A DNA stretch of 63,986 nucleotides, filler included, from Sanchytrium tribonematis (lineage: Eukaryota), in assembly GCA_018985235.1 (NCBI GenBank). It is 5 parts of 5 records of this genome, joined end to end, with 100 filler letters (N's around TTAATTAATTAA, not from the genome) between each part and the next. Parts side by side here need not be neighbours in the genome. Positions count along the whole stretch, not along the records: positions 13,843 to 27,432 come from JADGIG010000184.1; positions 27,533 to 41,121 come from JADGIG010000185.1; 3 more parts are not named here. One strand, written 5' to 3'. Below the pieces are notes generated by a model that saw only the letters and a program-made list of their open reading frames with translations, searched no databases and was not told where the DNA came from. Each line of letters opens with the position of its first letter. The stretch's first letter is position 1. Position numbers and translations under genes: made by a program. Below, piece after piece: positions 19,827-31,299 of the stretch.

Positions 19827-22298
19827 ATGGAGAATAAATTACAGCTCGATGGCTTTTACTTTGACCATCTTAGAAAGCCTAGTCTTATTGAAAATCAAAC
19901 CTGCTATCTTTCAAATGTTATAATTTATGAAGAGAATAGGAACTTCGTTGTATCTACCCTTTCCAACAAGATTATCGCAACTATTCCTGTCGTGCAGTAT
20001 CAGAAAACAGCATACTTACACAACTATTTATTTGGAATATCAAAAAATTCTATACATTATTTTAAGGAAGAATGGATCAAATATCATACTGGCGAAATTT
20101 TAGATTATTTCATCGGCGATGGAATCTATCTTCTTTTATCCAATGATTTACTTTATCTTGACGTCAATTCACTTCCCCCATTAAGTCAAAAACTTCAGTT
20201 TCCAATTCTAAATCACATTGAGAAATTTGTCTCTCATCCTACGTCAGTTTGTGCACTTATCTATTCAGAAGGGCTTATGTATGTATGTAATAAGGAACAA
20301 TATTTGAGTCTCACATTTGAAGGGATTACTGACATACTTTTCCATCCTGATGGTTCAAAAGTGGCAATAATTCAGGGCGTTGTTGCATCTTTATTCGACG
20401 GAGCGAAAATATTGTCTGGGAAACTAGACTTAATCCAAAAAGTCACACTTTCTGAATATCGAAAACTTTGTTGGGTTGGCCATTTCTTGGCAGATCTTCA
20501 ACTTAATCTCACTAAAGATGCCAAGTTGCGGATTTTTGGTTCGGAAAAGTTCATAGACATTTCACTCCCTGGTATTGTGAGCTTCTTTTCAACTGTGGAT
20601 GGTCTAAAGTTTATATCCAAAAAAGAATATCATTTTTTATTCCCGCAGCCACTTGTTTACTCTAATTGTGTATTAGATGAATCCACGCATCCTGCAAAAA
20701 GCTTAATTAATAGCTTTGCACAGTGGGAACAGCGAAAACCAAATTTAGATTTCAAATTGTTACCTTTGGAAAATTGCATAAAAGATATATTAGATGCCAG
20801 TTCTTATTCGTTTGACATTTTGGAGCAAAAAAGATTTTTAAAAATTGCCAGATTTGCAATTGCATTTCAGCAAGCAAACCAAATTTCTACAGAAGCGACC
20901 TGCAGGATGGTGAGAGTATTGAATAATATTCGCTACTCTTATGATCCTTTTTTTACAGTGGATCAGTACAATTTTCATTCCATTACATCCATCTTAGAAG
21001 GGATCGTTAGCGCTAATATGCATTTTTTGGCTTTTAACATTGCGAAGTATCTTAAATTAAATTCATACACAATAGAGAAAATACTAATTGACTGGTGCCA
21101 ATATTATTTGCTAAAAACTAAATTTGACAAAATACCAGATAAAGCTGTGAGTGACAAAATCTTAAAAACTTGTGCTTCCTTGAATACTAACTTCAAATCC
21201 ATGTCCTTCAGTAGTATGGCGCAAGCAGCTATTCAACATGGAAGACCAACCACTGCAATTGAACTTCTAATGTATGAAAGTGTTTCAAGTGACCAAATAC
21301 CTTTGTTTTTGAAATTAAAAGAAGATGATTTAGCCTTAAGAAAGGCGATGGAGTCTTGCAATCGAGATTTAGTCGTTTTGGTGCTTCAGAATTTGATAAA
21401 TAGACAAGTGCCTTTCAATGTGATTTATATGATGTTGAAAGAGAAGCCATTTGCTTTGAACGTTTTCAAAAGCATGAATCTTCCTGACCGATGGATCGAG
21501 TGTTGTTTCCAAGAAGATTTAAAAAGAGACCATATACATGCATTAATCCGGAAAAGCAAATCTATGAAAGTTGAAATTAAGGTAAATTCAAGCAGCAGGC
21601 AGGTTGATCCTTCCTCGTTAGACAATCCTAAAAATTCTCTCACCCAAGCTTATAATATATGCACTGACGCTAAATGGACAATGGATGCTAAATTGTTAGA
21701 GTCTCAAATTAAACTTTTGGAAGCCCAGCAACAACTTGAAAATGACATTTGGACAAACTCGCAAGACAATTCTGCGAAATTTTTAGGGCTTACCCTTAGT
21801 CAAACAATCGAAAAGTGCGTTACTTCTGGACTCCAAATAAAAGCTCAAAAACTCAAATCAGATTTTCGGGTACAAGATAAGAAGTATTGGTGGATTTATA
21901 TCAAAGCAGCTGCCTCGATCAGAGACTGGGCCAGTCTTGAAAAATTCTCGGAAAAAAAGTCTCCCATTGGATATGAGCCTTTTGCAAAAGTGTGCATAGA
22001 AGCTGGAGCATACAAAGAAGCTTGTTTAAAATATATCCCAAAGTGTCCGATTCAAATGCAAACCCAATATTACATAAAAATTAAGGCCTACAACAAGGCT
22101 GCGCAGGCTGCCTACCTTCAAAAGAATGGGCAAGCCTTAAAGCTCATTCTACAAAGATTACAGCAAGAAGACTCTTCGAGATATTTTTACGATTCAGATG
22201 ATGTCAATGATTATACCAAAAATCAAATGAGAACATTATGGATTCAAGAGACGGAACGTAAAATGGCTGAACTTGGGATATTAGTAATAAATAAATAG
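19827..22298 (+). CDS. VPS16: HOPS/CORVET subunit Vps16
   Basis: CRMVRVLNNIR, QIPLFLKL...ALRKA.ES...DLV, F.V.DKKYWW, KKSPIGYEPF. Confidence 0.9.
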   Translation: MENKLQLDGFYFDHLRKPSLIENQTCYLSNVIIYEENRNFVVSTLSNKIIATIPVVQYQKTAYLHNYLFGISKNSIHYFKEEWIKYHTGEILDYFIGDGIYLLLSNDLLYLDVNSLPPLSQKLQFPILNHIEKFVSHPTSVCALIYSEGLMYVCNKEQYLSLTFEGITDILFHPDGSKVAIIQGVVASLFDGAKILSGKLDLIQKVTLSEYRKLCWVGHFLADLQLNLTKDAKLRIFGSEKFIDISLPGIVSFFSTVDGLKFISKKEYHFLFPQPLVYSNCVLDESTHPAKSLINSFAQWEQRKPNLDFKLLPLENCIKDILDASSYSFDILEQKRFLKIARFAIAFQQANQISTEATCRMVRVLNNIRYSYDPFFTVDQYNFHSITSILEGIVSANMHFLAFNIAKYLKLNSYTIEKILIDWCQYYLLKTKFDKIPDKAVSDKILKTCASLNTNFKSMSFSSMAQAAIQHGRPTTAIELLMYESVSSDQIPLFLKLKEDDLALRKAMESCNRDLVVLVLQNLINRQVPFNVIYMMLKEKPFALNVFKSMNLPDRWIECCFQEDLKRDHIHALIRKSKSMKVEIKVNSSSRQVDPSSLDNPKNSLTQAYNICTDAKWTMDAKLLESQIKLLEAQQQLENDIWTNSQDNSAKFLGLTLSQTIEKCVTSGLQIKAQKLKSDFRVQDKKYWWIYIKAAASIRDWASLEKFSEKKSPIGYEPFAKVCIEAGAYKEACLKYIPKCPIQMQTQYYIKIKAYNKAAQAAYLQKNGQALKLILQRLQQEDSSRYFYDSDDVNDYTKNQMRTLWIQETERKMAELGILVINK

Positions 22299-22299
22299 T

Positions 22300-22818
22300 T
22301 TACTTGGTCAGCCTTAGTCCCAAAATTGTACGTACATCGCTTACCCATCGCAATGCATCTAACAACGGCAATAAATTTAACAATTCGTGATCGTCAGAAT
22401 CAAAATGCCAAGTGGAAACAGGTATTGCATTCTCTTGTTGTAAATTATAACTTCCTTCAAAATTATCAACAAAAACAATTTGAGATAAATCTATTTTTAA
22501 TCTTGTGAGGTCTTTTACATATGTACCATCAACTAATAAACAATCATTCCTATAGTACCGTTCTTTAATCTTTTTTTGAGGATCTATAAAGTCGATGACA
22601 GGATCCGCATATTCGGGCACAGACGCTGTAAAAATAAGCACATGGTACCATTCAAAGCACTTACTTAAAAAGTAATCAAGGTATGGGCGTTTATACACAT
22701 AGTATAATTGGGGTGTATTAATAAGAACCTCAAGCATAAAGTCATGTTGCTTTGTTCCTTGCGAAGATGTGTGTACAAGTGTCTCGTCCAAATCTAGAAT
22801 TAACACTTTTTTCTTCAT
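22300..22818 (-). CDS. FCP/SCP HAD phosphatase, Nem1/Dullard-like
   Basis: LILDLDETLVH, YYVYKRP, FTASVPEYADPVID, LLPLLDALRWVSDVRTIL. The 5' end may extend further. Confidence 0.88.
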   Translation of the reverse strand: MKKKVLILDLDETLVHTSSQGTKQHDFMLEVLINTPQLYYVYKRPYLDYFLSKCFEWYHVLIFTASVPEYADPVIDFIDPQKKIKERYYRNDCLLVDGTYVKDLTRLKIDLSQIVFVDNFEGSYNLQQENAIPVSTWHFDSDDHELLNLLPLLDALRWVSDVRTILGLRLTK

Positions 22819-22963
22819 AATAAATCTCCTTGGTTTTATTGTACAAAATTATAACGACAATCTCAAATCTTGCAATATTATAATGGGATCTAAATAAATC
22901 GCCCATTGCATATATTTTCAGCTATAAATTTTTAAAAATTTAACAAGCTAAAATCTCCTTGAA

Positions 22964-23803
22964 ATGCCACATATTGTCATAACTGGAGGAAATGCTGGAA
23001 TAGGATTTGCAGCTGCAAAGCTGTTTTTGTCAAAAGGTAATAAAGTAACCATAGTTGGGAGGTCTCAGTCAAAGCTTGAGGAGGCTAAGAAACTTCTTGG
23101 GGAGGTATCAATCGGAATATGCGACTTGAGCTCAATCAGCAGCATTGACGCATTCGTGCAAAAAATGGAGCCATTCGATGTTCTTGTCAACAACGCCGGT
23201 GTATGGCTGACAGATTATACCAAGACTGACAATGGGCTCGAGAGTACATTTGCAATCAACCATTTAGGTACAATGTATCTCACTTTAAAAATACTTAAGT
23301 CTAAAAAAATTGTTCAGAAAGGTTCGATTATTATAGTATCAAGTGATTTGCATACAAAAGGTGTGGATGACTTGAACTTCTTTGACAACTTGAATGAGAA
23401 GTCTTTTGATGGTTTCAAGGCGTATTCCCAAACAAAATTATACAATTTGCTCTTAGCTCAATATTTGGCTACTGAATTTCTTCCTAAGAAATATTCCTCC
23501 TTGGAAATTAAAGTGGCCACTGTTCATCCTGGATTCATTCCAACCACAGAATTAAAGAGGAACAATAACTTTTTCGTCAACTTTATCATGAACTACATCT
23601 TCCCATATTTACCTTTTACAACAACAGTTGAAGATGGTGCTAACCGAATTTACAAAGCTTTTGAAGATTCAAACAGCAATGGAAAATATATTGGAAATAA
23701 AGGGTACGAGGAGCCTTCTGAACTTGCCAGAGATCTGGAGCTTGCTAAAGCTTTGTGGAAAAAGTCTTTGGTAGAGCTTCAACTTGAGGAATCCAGCTTT
23801 TAA
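22964..23803 (+). CDS. Short-chain dehydrogenase/reductase, retinol dehydrogenase-like
   Basis: TGGNAGIG, NNAG, FAINHLG, YSQTK, VHPG. Confidence 0.92.
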   Translation: MPHIVITGGNAGIGFAAAKLFLSKGNKVTIVGRSQSKLEEAKKLLGEVSIGICDLSSISSIDAFVQKMEPFDVLVNNAGVWLTDYTKTDNGLESTFAINHLGTMYLTLKILKSKKIVQKGSIIIVSSDLHTKGVDDLNFFDNLNEKSFDGFKAYSQTKLYNLLLAQYLATEFLPKKYSSLEIKVATVHPGFIPTTELKRNNNFFVNFIMNYIFPYLPFTTTVEDGANRIYKAFEDSNSNGKYIGNKGYEEPSELARDLELAKALWKKSLVELQLEESSF

Positions 23804-23838
23804 AAATAAATCTTTTTCGTCTCCCTCAAACTTGCACA

Positions 23839-24318
23839 ATGAGAGCAAATCTATTTAGTAAGGTCATCAATGCCAGTAAATCCAGACATATGTTTACTAC
23901 AGTGTCAAATAAGGACCTGAACTTTAAAATTATATCTAGATTCTACGATTATGGATTCATAGAACATTTTTGCTATGGAAGTGATGAAAAGCCTTATGCA
24001 GAGCGAATTTTACCAAATGGAGAAACCGAAAATATCAAATCGCACTTATGGGTCCGTTTAAAATATACACCGCAACTTGAACCAGTTCTTAAGGACATAC
24101 GAATGATTTCGAAGCCCAGCAGGCGGGTTTTCGCAACAAAAGAGGAGCTGATTACATTAACTAGTGGCAAAGCAACGAATCGTCTTAAATCTTTGGGCCT
24201 GGGTAGAATGTTACCTGGACAAGTGATGCTTGTCAATACAAACAAGCATGGTGTGATTGAACTATTTGAAGCTGTTGAAAAAGAGACTGGTGGTGAAGTT
24301 ATGTGCATTGTGCATTAA
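23839..24318 (+). CDS. MRPS8: Mitochondrial ribosomal protein uS8m
   Basis: LWVRLKY...PVLKDIRMISKPSRRV, C-terminal GGEVMC. Confidence 0.85.
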   Translation: MRANLFSKVINASKSRHMFTTVSNKDLNFKIISRFYDYGFIEHFCYGSDEKPYAERILPNGETENIKSHLWVRLKYTPQLEPVLKDIRMISKPSRRVFATKEELITLTSGKATNRLKSLGLGRMLPGQVMLVNTNKHGVIELFEAVEKETGGEVMCIVH

Positions 24319-24376
24319 TCAGTAATCAAGTCAATAAATTAAACATTAATTCTCTCATGTCCTATTTTGAATTTTT

Positions 24377-26513
24377 ATGAAACAATACGAATTCAATTTT
24401 TCTGAAAAAGAAAACATTACTGACATTTTGAACACTCTTAAGAAAAACAGAATTAATTTATTAATAGATAAAGATAATTTGCAAAAAGAAATACAAACGT
24501 TGGAGCAGCAAGCCACACAAAAGGAAATGATTACTAGAATGACACTTCTATCCCTTATGCAAAAAATTCAAGATATGGAAATTGAAATAAAAGGCAACTC
24601 CCGGATAATTAAGGACATTGCCCAGTCAAGTCAAGAAGTTGAAGAAAATCTTGGCAAATTAGTTCGACAGAGAGACAAGGCTCGTCAAGCTTTCTTGCTC
24701 TTAGATGCAGTAGACGATCCAAAATTTACAATCGAAAAGGTAAAGGACATGTCCATAGATGAGATCGTAAAGGGTCTTGAAATTGCAAAAATGATTACAA
24801 TTTTTCCACAAGACAATGATAAAATAATGAGAGTTAGAAAAACGTGCGATACTATGGAATCAAAACTTCTCGAGCTATTTCAAAAAGCGTATGAGAGTAG
24901 AGATGTGACTGTTATGAGAAAAATTTGCAATATGCTTCAGCCACTTAATGATTCGAAAAACTGCATTCAGGCGTATATAAATCAACATGAATTTTTTATC
25001 ACTGGACACAGTGTCCAGATCAAAGAAGATGAATTGAAGAACGCCTTTTTTGATACAGATATAGTTGAACACATAAGCGATGTTCAATTCACGGCATATT
25101 TAAGAAGCATTCGGAAGGTTTTTAAATCATTAGTTCGTGCTGTGGACGAAGAGTGGCAAACATTAGAAGAAGTATTTTCGGATTACTTTACAGTATTGCT
25201 GCAATTTTTAGAAAGAATGTTCTTGCAAGTGGTTCACTCGGTAATTGATCAAGCATTAAGAATGGCTGAGTCAATTTCAGAGCTTCATTATTTAAGAACT
25301 TTGATGATTATATTTGGGCAGCTTCAGACATTAAAGGATGAATTACTCAAAGTAGAATTTAGGTTTGATAGATCGCAAGACCGAATTTATGAACAGAAAG
25401 TAAAGGAGCTAGTCCAGGATGTTATTCAGCACGAATTAAATATTGAGCTACTTTCTCAAAGAGAAGTCCAAACTTGCATAAATTATTATCAGAGAATTGT
25501 TAAAAATTTACCAGAGAGTATGAATTTAGAAAAGCAAAACATGATGGCAGATTTGAGTGCCAATGGGCTTCAGACTGTTACTGACACTACGTTTCCGATA
25601 TTTGAAAAAGTCAAGGTTTTGAGATTTACTTTGGAAGTTTTTGAAAGAATAGCGTTTTTATTAAGTGGAAAAGAACTGATGACGAAGATGACTAGTAAGG
25701 TTTATGCTGGGCTAATGAAAGCCCTATATGCTCAAGAAATGAACAAAGAATTAAACGACACGCTATCGATTTTGAAAGAACAAGGAATAAAAAGTCAGCC
25801 AGACTTAAAATGTTTAACAAATCTTGAATCGGTGATGTTCTTTTTAAAAACAGTTCAGCACCATTTCGAGGGTGTGGTAGCTCCATTGCTACAATACAGT
25901 CTCATAGACTATAAAGACGCCTTATTAGCGAAGAATGAGTTGTTGGGTGGAAGTGAGATGTTGCTACAAGACATTAGCCTAGAAATCATTGCCTGTAGCG
26001 AAAGATGGATTGATGTCACCCTTTCGAAGCAGAATAAACTAGAGTACAGACAAAATGAAATGGAAATTGATCTTTCAAAAAATTCAACTGATACTTGCAG
26101 CGAAATTTGCAAATATATTGAAAATGCTATAAAATGGATTAACAAAGTCTATAAGGGCAAAAACTCCGAGCATATCAAATTAGCCATGGGTAATTTTACC
26201 CTGAAAAAGCTGAAAGATCACGTGAAAACATTAACAGTAAACGATATGGGAGCTTTGATGTTGACCAAGTAATTTAATCTAATTAAGAGATCTCTCGCGA
26301 TACCACCAACTTTCTAAGAAATTTGAGTCACAAGTGATTACAGAAAAATTTGACCTTTTGAGAGATATAGGCAGTCTATTCGTTGTTCGAATTGAAAATG
26401 TTGAAAGCTTTATTAGAGAAAGCAAACTCATTAAACTAGATAGAAAAGAACTAAATGCCTTCATTGCAGTCCGCGAAGACTCCAAATCAATAATACAACG
26501 GCTGTTTCAGTAA
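24377..26513 (+). CDS. SEC10: Exocyst component Sec10 (exons 24377-26268, 26288-26513)
   Basis: N-terminal coiled coil, MESKLLELF..AY, CIQAYINQHEFF, LSKQNK.EY. Splicing restores GALMLTKDLSRY. Confidence 0.88.
26269..26287 (+). other. 19-nt spliceosomal intron
   Basis: GTAATTTAATCTAATTAAG; removal restores the Sec10 C-terminus. Confidence 0.9.
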
Positions 26514-26555
26514 ACCAAATTTAGATATTTTAGGAGGCTCAAACAAATTTTATTT

Positions 26556-27432
26556 ATGTTTTTGAGAGAACTTTCACGTCTTACAGAAAATCTAAGGGAC
26601 ATCGTAGAGCAAGATTACGTTGTAATTGAGCATGCACCTATTTATGGGCTCGCTCCTCCTCCTAGAAGAGCTAAAAAACTTATTACTCTAGACGACTATT
26701 TAAATTACGTTGACCATCCGATTAAGCTATCGGCAAATCACACTATTCATCACATTATAGATAAAAAATGGGATAAATTAAAGCAGGCGATATTTATTCA
26801 TGGTTTGACAGATTCTGTACGTCCAGATGCTTACTTTTACTTATTGCAAGTCGACTCTTCTTTTAAGGATATTTACAACCAAATCAAATGGGATTTAAAA
26901 GATAACCAACTAATCCAAATTGTCAAGGATGTTGTGAGAACCGATAGATCATTGAAAACATTTGCTAGAACAGTTGAAGGTATAGACGAACAGGATGAAT
27001 TGTTGCACAAACTGAGTTCAGATCAAGTTAACCCTAATCTGATTAAATTAAGAAACGTCTTGCTAGCATTTTCGCAGAAAGTACCATATCTACAAGGATT
27101 GGCTGATATATGCTCGCCTTTTGTTCATTTATACACCGAAGAATGGATGATTTTTGGCTGTTTACAACAGTTTTTCACAATGTTTACACACCGAACTGTG
27201 TCTAATAATGATCAATTATTGGAATATAGGAAATTAGTGTCAGAAGTATTGGAAGTTATCGATCCTATTTTATATTCTCATTTGCAGCGTATCGATGCTT
27301 TTCATCCTATGCTAATGTGTAGATGGTTGCTTACGTGGTTTCGTAGGGAAATTAGCTTTGAGGATACTTATCTTTTGTGGGAAGTACTATAATTTTATTT
27401 AGGCTATTTGGTCAAGCCCTACAAGTCATATG
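26556..27432 (+). CDS. TBC-domain Rab-GAP, Gyp7-like; 3' partial
   Basis: IVKDVVRTDR, YLQGLADICSP, RWLLTWFRRE; splicing gives LLWE|AIWS. Confidence 0.88.
27384..27402 (+). other. 19-nt spliceosomal intron
   Basis: GTACTATAATTTTATTTAG; removal restores LWEAIW. Confidence 0.88.
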
Positions 27433-27532
27433 NNNNNNNNNNNNNNNNNNNNNNNNNNNNNNNNNNNNNNNNNNNNTTAATTAATTAANNNNNNNNNNNN
27501 NNNNNNNNNNNNNNNNNNNNNNNNNNNNNNNN
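27433..27532. other. Artificial contig-joining spacer
   Basis: N-run/TTAATTAATTAA/N-run. Confidence 0.98.
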
Positions 27533-28376
27533 CTTCTAATCTTACTGCGTGATATTCCCCCAATCATCAAATTCACATGATTATTTGCTGAATCTACTTC
27601 TTTCTGTGCTTCCAGGCATGGTTTGTTGTAATCTTTAATGCAAACTTGAGTCGATTTACGCTTTCGCACAATCTTACATGTACCTTGTGCAATGAGATCG
27701 GGGCACAATGGTGGCACATTTTGATATGGATTACATTGACCTACAGGTGTTAAATAATCAATAGTAGTATTATAAAAACCTTTTCCTGTATTGATTGTAT
27801 GAATTGCGGGTCCAATTTTACCTTTGCAATCAAATTGAAAAACGCAATTCTGTTACGTTCATTATTTTTAGTAGCTAGATTCTTATTTGCAAGGTCTAAT
27901 CTATCTTGTGCTGGTTTTACTTTATAACTATAAAATCCACAACCAGCAGAAGCTCCAAGCAATGCAGTAATGGTGAAAGCGAGCCCGGATCGTTTTCTTT
28001 TTCGTCTTTTGTTCTGCATTTGAACTCGTGAGTCATCACCTCTTGATTGACTTTCTAGATCTCTTTCTCTCTTCATAATTCGCATTCTTTTATTTCGTTC
28101 TTGTGGATTCTCCTGAGATTTTGCGGATCTCTTTACTTCAATCAACACTGCCTCTAATGAATCTGTTTTTTTAATTGAAGATATCAATTCACCCAATACT
28201 TGTCTGGCACCAATTACAATGGGAGCATCATCTCTACAACATGATTCATCAGTCTTTTGTTTCAGTTCACATGATTCAATTGCAGGTTGGTGAATTTTAA
28301 CAAATCCCAATGCTTCATCGAAAGCCTCTTCAACTGTTGATGGCATTCTGGCATACAAAATGAATGTCAACAACAT
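27533..28376 (-). CDS. Hypothetical membrane protein with short leader; apparent -1 frameshift near 27780; 3' partial
   Basis: MLLTFILYA start, basic patch followed by a TM (LAFTITALLGASAGCGFY). Adding one A to GAAAAGG continues into the Cys-rich frame GFYNTTIDYLTPVGQCNP... Confidence 0.5.
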
Positions 28377-28459
28377 GTTTGACTCGGGGTTGACTTTGCA
28401 ATATCCGTTTAGCATCACGTTGATTTGATGATCCAATCAAATAGATGCAAATGATTTAT

Positions 28460-29059
28460 TTAAGTTGTTTGATGTGCGTGAGTGATTGCAAATTGGTCTA
28501 CATGTGTTGCATTCCATTCCATCACGCGTGGATGTCCATGGACCATTTCATATACGCTATACAATACATCAAATTCCTTAAAATCAATCATCTCCAATTG
28601 ACCATGAATGATCCAATACATAAAACAATAAATAGAAATATCCGCAATAGTCAAATCACTATAAATATCCTTTAATTGTCTCGTATATTGATTCAATTGA
28701 TGTATTTGTACTTTATTAAATGATTTCAATTGTTTATAATGACTCGTGATATCTTCAATTTGATCAATAATCCCATCTATAAATGCATTTGCAATATCAT
28801 GAGATGCATCATGAGATGGGATTAAATGGGATAATTGACCACAATATCGTAAAATAGCCAATGATTGACCAATGATGATGGATGAATTGATTTCTAATGT
28901 GGGTACTTGATAAAATGGGGTATTAGATTTTAAATGGGGCCATTCTTCTTTGGTCATTCTGTAATCTGTAAATGGGATATTAGATATATAGAGTGTGAGA
29001 CGGATGGCTTCTGCTCTACCACGCATATTGGCATATGTTAATTTTAAAGTGGGTGGCAT
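28460..29059 (-). CDS. Glutathione S-transferase, sigma-like
   Basis: LKLTY.NMRGRAEAIRL, TPFYQVPTLEI, QSLAILRY, LTIADI. Confidence 0.92.
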   Translation of the reverse strand: MPPTLKLTYANMRGRAEAIRLTLYISNIPFTDYRMTKEEWPHLKSNTPFYQVPTLEINSSIIIGQSLAILRYCGQLSHLIPSHDASHDIANAFIDGIIDQIEDITSHYKQLKSFNKVQIHQLNQYTRQLKDIYSDLTIADISIYCFMYWIIHGQLEMIDFKEFDVLYSVYEMVHGHPRVMEWNATHVDQFAITHAHQTT

Positions 29060-29129
29060 TTATTTCAAATGTTTCAAAAAATATTTCAAAATTTGCCCAC
29101 AGATCAACTGGAGCATACATCCCCGTGTC

Positions 29130-30014
29130 ATGTTATTGCCAACGCTCTTTGCATTCCATTTAATATGCAACAATCAACTCATCAACCTAAAAAGAGATGA
29201 AAATTATAAACAAATCGACTATAAAATGAGATTGTCTGAATCTCAATTGATTATTTCTTTTACACAATCCACCATTTCCATCCTTTTGATTCACATCGCT
29301 GGACAATATGCATTCCAAATTGTGCCAGATTATCATGGTATCATTCAACATAAATCATTTGAAATACAAAGTATTCCATTGAAATGTACGATTCCAGAAA
29401 TTGCACTTTTAGATGGTGTGACCACCACTGTATCCATTTGTTCTCAACGGGCCATTGATAAAAATCAACAGTATGTCGATAGTTTAGTTGAATATACGAT
29501 TGAACAGGAATCTGAAGATTATCAAGTAGAAGAAAAAAGTCATTTACTGCATATTTTGAATGATTCATCTATAAAGTCATGTCATATATTTGTTGTACCT
29601 GTTGAATTAACTGCCACCATACAAGCCAGTACACGAATTATTCCAAATGTGCAATTATTTGCGAAATATAAAAAGTTTCAGATTTCAAAGCAACTAGATC
29701 TATATGGGAATATTGACAGTGTACTTGATCTCAGAACCATTGAAATATATGCATTTATTGGTGGGTATATTGGAAATCAAGGGATTGTTGAAAATGCCAT
29801 TTATATTGTGGCACGATTGGGTGAATATCACGCAGTAAGATTAGAAGATTGGATAAAATATGCATTCACGCTTGACAGCATCAATGGACTAGTACTGAGT
29901 GGTAGTGATAATCCAATAGGGGACCCATTTCCATTATTTCCCACAAAACATGAAATTGAAAATGCAAATAGTCGTGAAATATACGCAGGTAGATTGAGAA
30001 GTCAATTTCAATAA
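29130..30014 (+). CDS. Tandem family member 1, unrecognised putative secreted protein
   Basis: MLLPTLFA leader; family motifs CSxR, SCHI, GN, YAFIG, NAIYIV, SG; ends FQ*. Confidence 0.8.
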   Translation: MLLPTLFAFHLICNNQLINLKRDENYKQIDYKMRLSESQLIISFTQSTISILLIHIAGQYAFQIVPDYHGIIQHKSFEIQSIPLKCTIPEIALLDGVTTTVSICSQRAIDKNQQYVDSLVEYTIEQESEDYQVEEKSHLLHILNDSSIKSCHIFVVPVELTATIQASTRIIPNVQLFAKYKKFQISKQLDLYGNIDSVLDLRTIEIYAFIGGYIGNQGIVENAIYIVARLGEYHAVRLEDWIKYAFTLDSINGLVLSGSDNPIGDPFPLFPTKHEIENANSREIYAGRLRSQFQ

Positions 30015-31081
30015 AAGGTATTCTGTTGAAGGAAGTTTAATATAAAATGCATTACGATTTCTTTTCTGAATTGTCCATAAATGTTTCAAAAAATCTCTCT
30101 TTTTTGCACACAGATCAACTGGAGGTCTCCCCTTGTTATGTTGTTGACAACGCTCTTTGCAATACATTTGAAATGCAACGATCACACTTTTGAAGTAGTT
30201 AGTTATCCATCTAATTATGTGGACGGTTACGAATTGTTTTTATCAAAAGAAGGCGACAATCAATCAATCCGAATAAACTATGGACTGAAATCCGTAGCCA
30301 CTATTCCCATTATTGATATTGCAGGTCATTTATCATTTCAAATCACACCAAATAATTATGCCAACATCCAATCCAATTCATTTACAATTCAAAATCCCAA
30401 ATTAAATTGCGAAATTCCAACTATAAAAATAAATTCATATGGAAATAACTTTGCATTCATTTGCTCAGAAAGAAAGATGAAAAGAGCGGTAGGATTTGAT
30501 CAAAGTACGTATTTTGATCAAATAATTGAATATAAAGTTGGGAAATTTGACGATACAAGACCATTTGGGCAATTTTATGAGGATCAAACAAGAATCGGGT
30601 TTGCAATGGGAGATAAACCATCTGTTATAACCAATTCTAAGCAGGATTATTATATTTTATCCCATTTAATGAGTCAATCTGAGACGCAAACCAGCGTAAA
30701 ATCATGCCATATTTACATTGTGCCTGATAGATCAACTCAAACTGCCACCTTACAAGCCAGTACACGAATTATTCCAAATGTGCAATTATTTGCGAAATAT
30801 AAAAAGTTTCAAATTTCAGAGCAACTTAATCAATTTGGGAATATTATTAGTGTATTTAATCTCAGAACCATTGAAATATATGCATTTATTGGTGCATATG
30901 TTGGAAATCAAGGAATTGTTGAAAATGCTATTTATATTGTGGCACAATTGGGTGAATATTACATGATTAGATTAGAAGATTGGATAAAATATGCATTTAC
31001 GCTTGACAGCATCAATGGACTAGTACTGAGTGGGAGCAGGAATCCAAAAGGGGACCCATTTCCATTATTTTCCACAAAACA
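29610..31081 (+). repeat. Near-identical 341-bp direct repeat (29610-29950 and 30741-31081) inside family members 1 and 2
   Basis: Colinear and ungapped, with long identical runs such as ACAAGCCAGTACACGAATTATTCCAAATGTGCAATTATTTGCGAAATATAAAAAGTTTCA. Confidence 0.92.
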
Positions 31082-31163
31082 CAAGACTGAATCACATGAT
31101 AATGGTAATCAAAAGACTAGATTAAGATTCTATTCTGATCAATTGCGTATTGATTTTCAATAA
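30138..31163 (+). CDS. Tandem family member 2
   Basis: MLLTTLFA leader; CSER, SCHI, YAFIG, NAIYIV; ends FQ*. Confidence 0.8.
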   Translation: MLLTTLFAIHLKCNDHTFEVVSYPSNYVDGYELFLSKEGDNQSIRINYGLKSVATIPIIDIAGHLSFQITPNNYANIQSNSFTIQNPKLNCEIPTIKINSYGNNFAFICSERKMKRAVGFDQSTYFDQIIEYKVGKFDDTRPFGQFYEDQTRIGFAMGDKPSVITNSKQDYYILSHLMSQSETQTSVKSCHIYIVPDRSTQTATLQASTRIIPNVQLFAKYKKFQISEQLNQFGNIISVFNLRTIEIYAFIGAYVGNQGIVENAIYIVAQLGEYYMIRLEDWIKYAFTLDSINGLVLSGSRNPKGDPFPLFSTKHKTESHDNGNQKTRLRFYSDQLRIDFQ

Positions 31164-31264
31164 ATATTTTGTACCAGGCCAATTAATGCGACACCAATCA
31201 ACTTAATTAAAATTAATAAAGAGTCCAATAACAACCCCATGCAAGCACCATCAACCATTTAAAA

Positions 31265-31293
31265 TCACGACCATGTCACGACAATGTCACGAC
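31265..31293 (+). repeat. Three copies of TCACGAC at 11-bp period, just upstream of an ATG
   Basis: TCACGACCATG TCACGACAATG TCACGAC. Confidence 0.75.
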
Positions 31294-31299
31294 TGCAGC

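Noticed and set aside
22819..22911. In-frame upstream extension of the Nem1-like gene across a TAA
   Set aside because: No consensus intron and no recognisable homology; it cannot be distinguished from promoter sequence.
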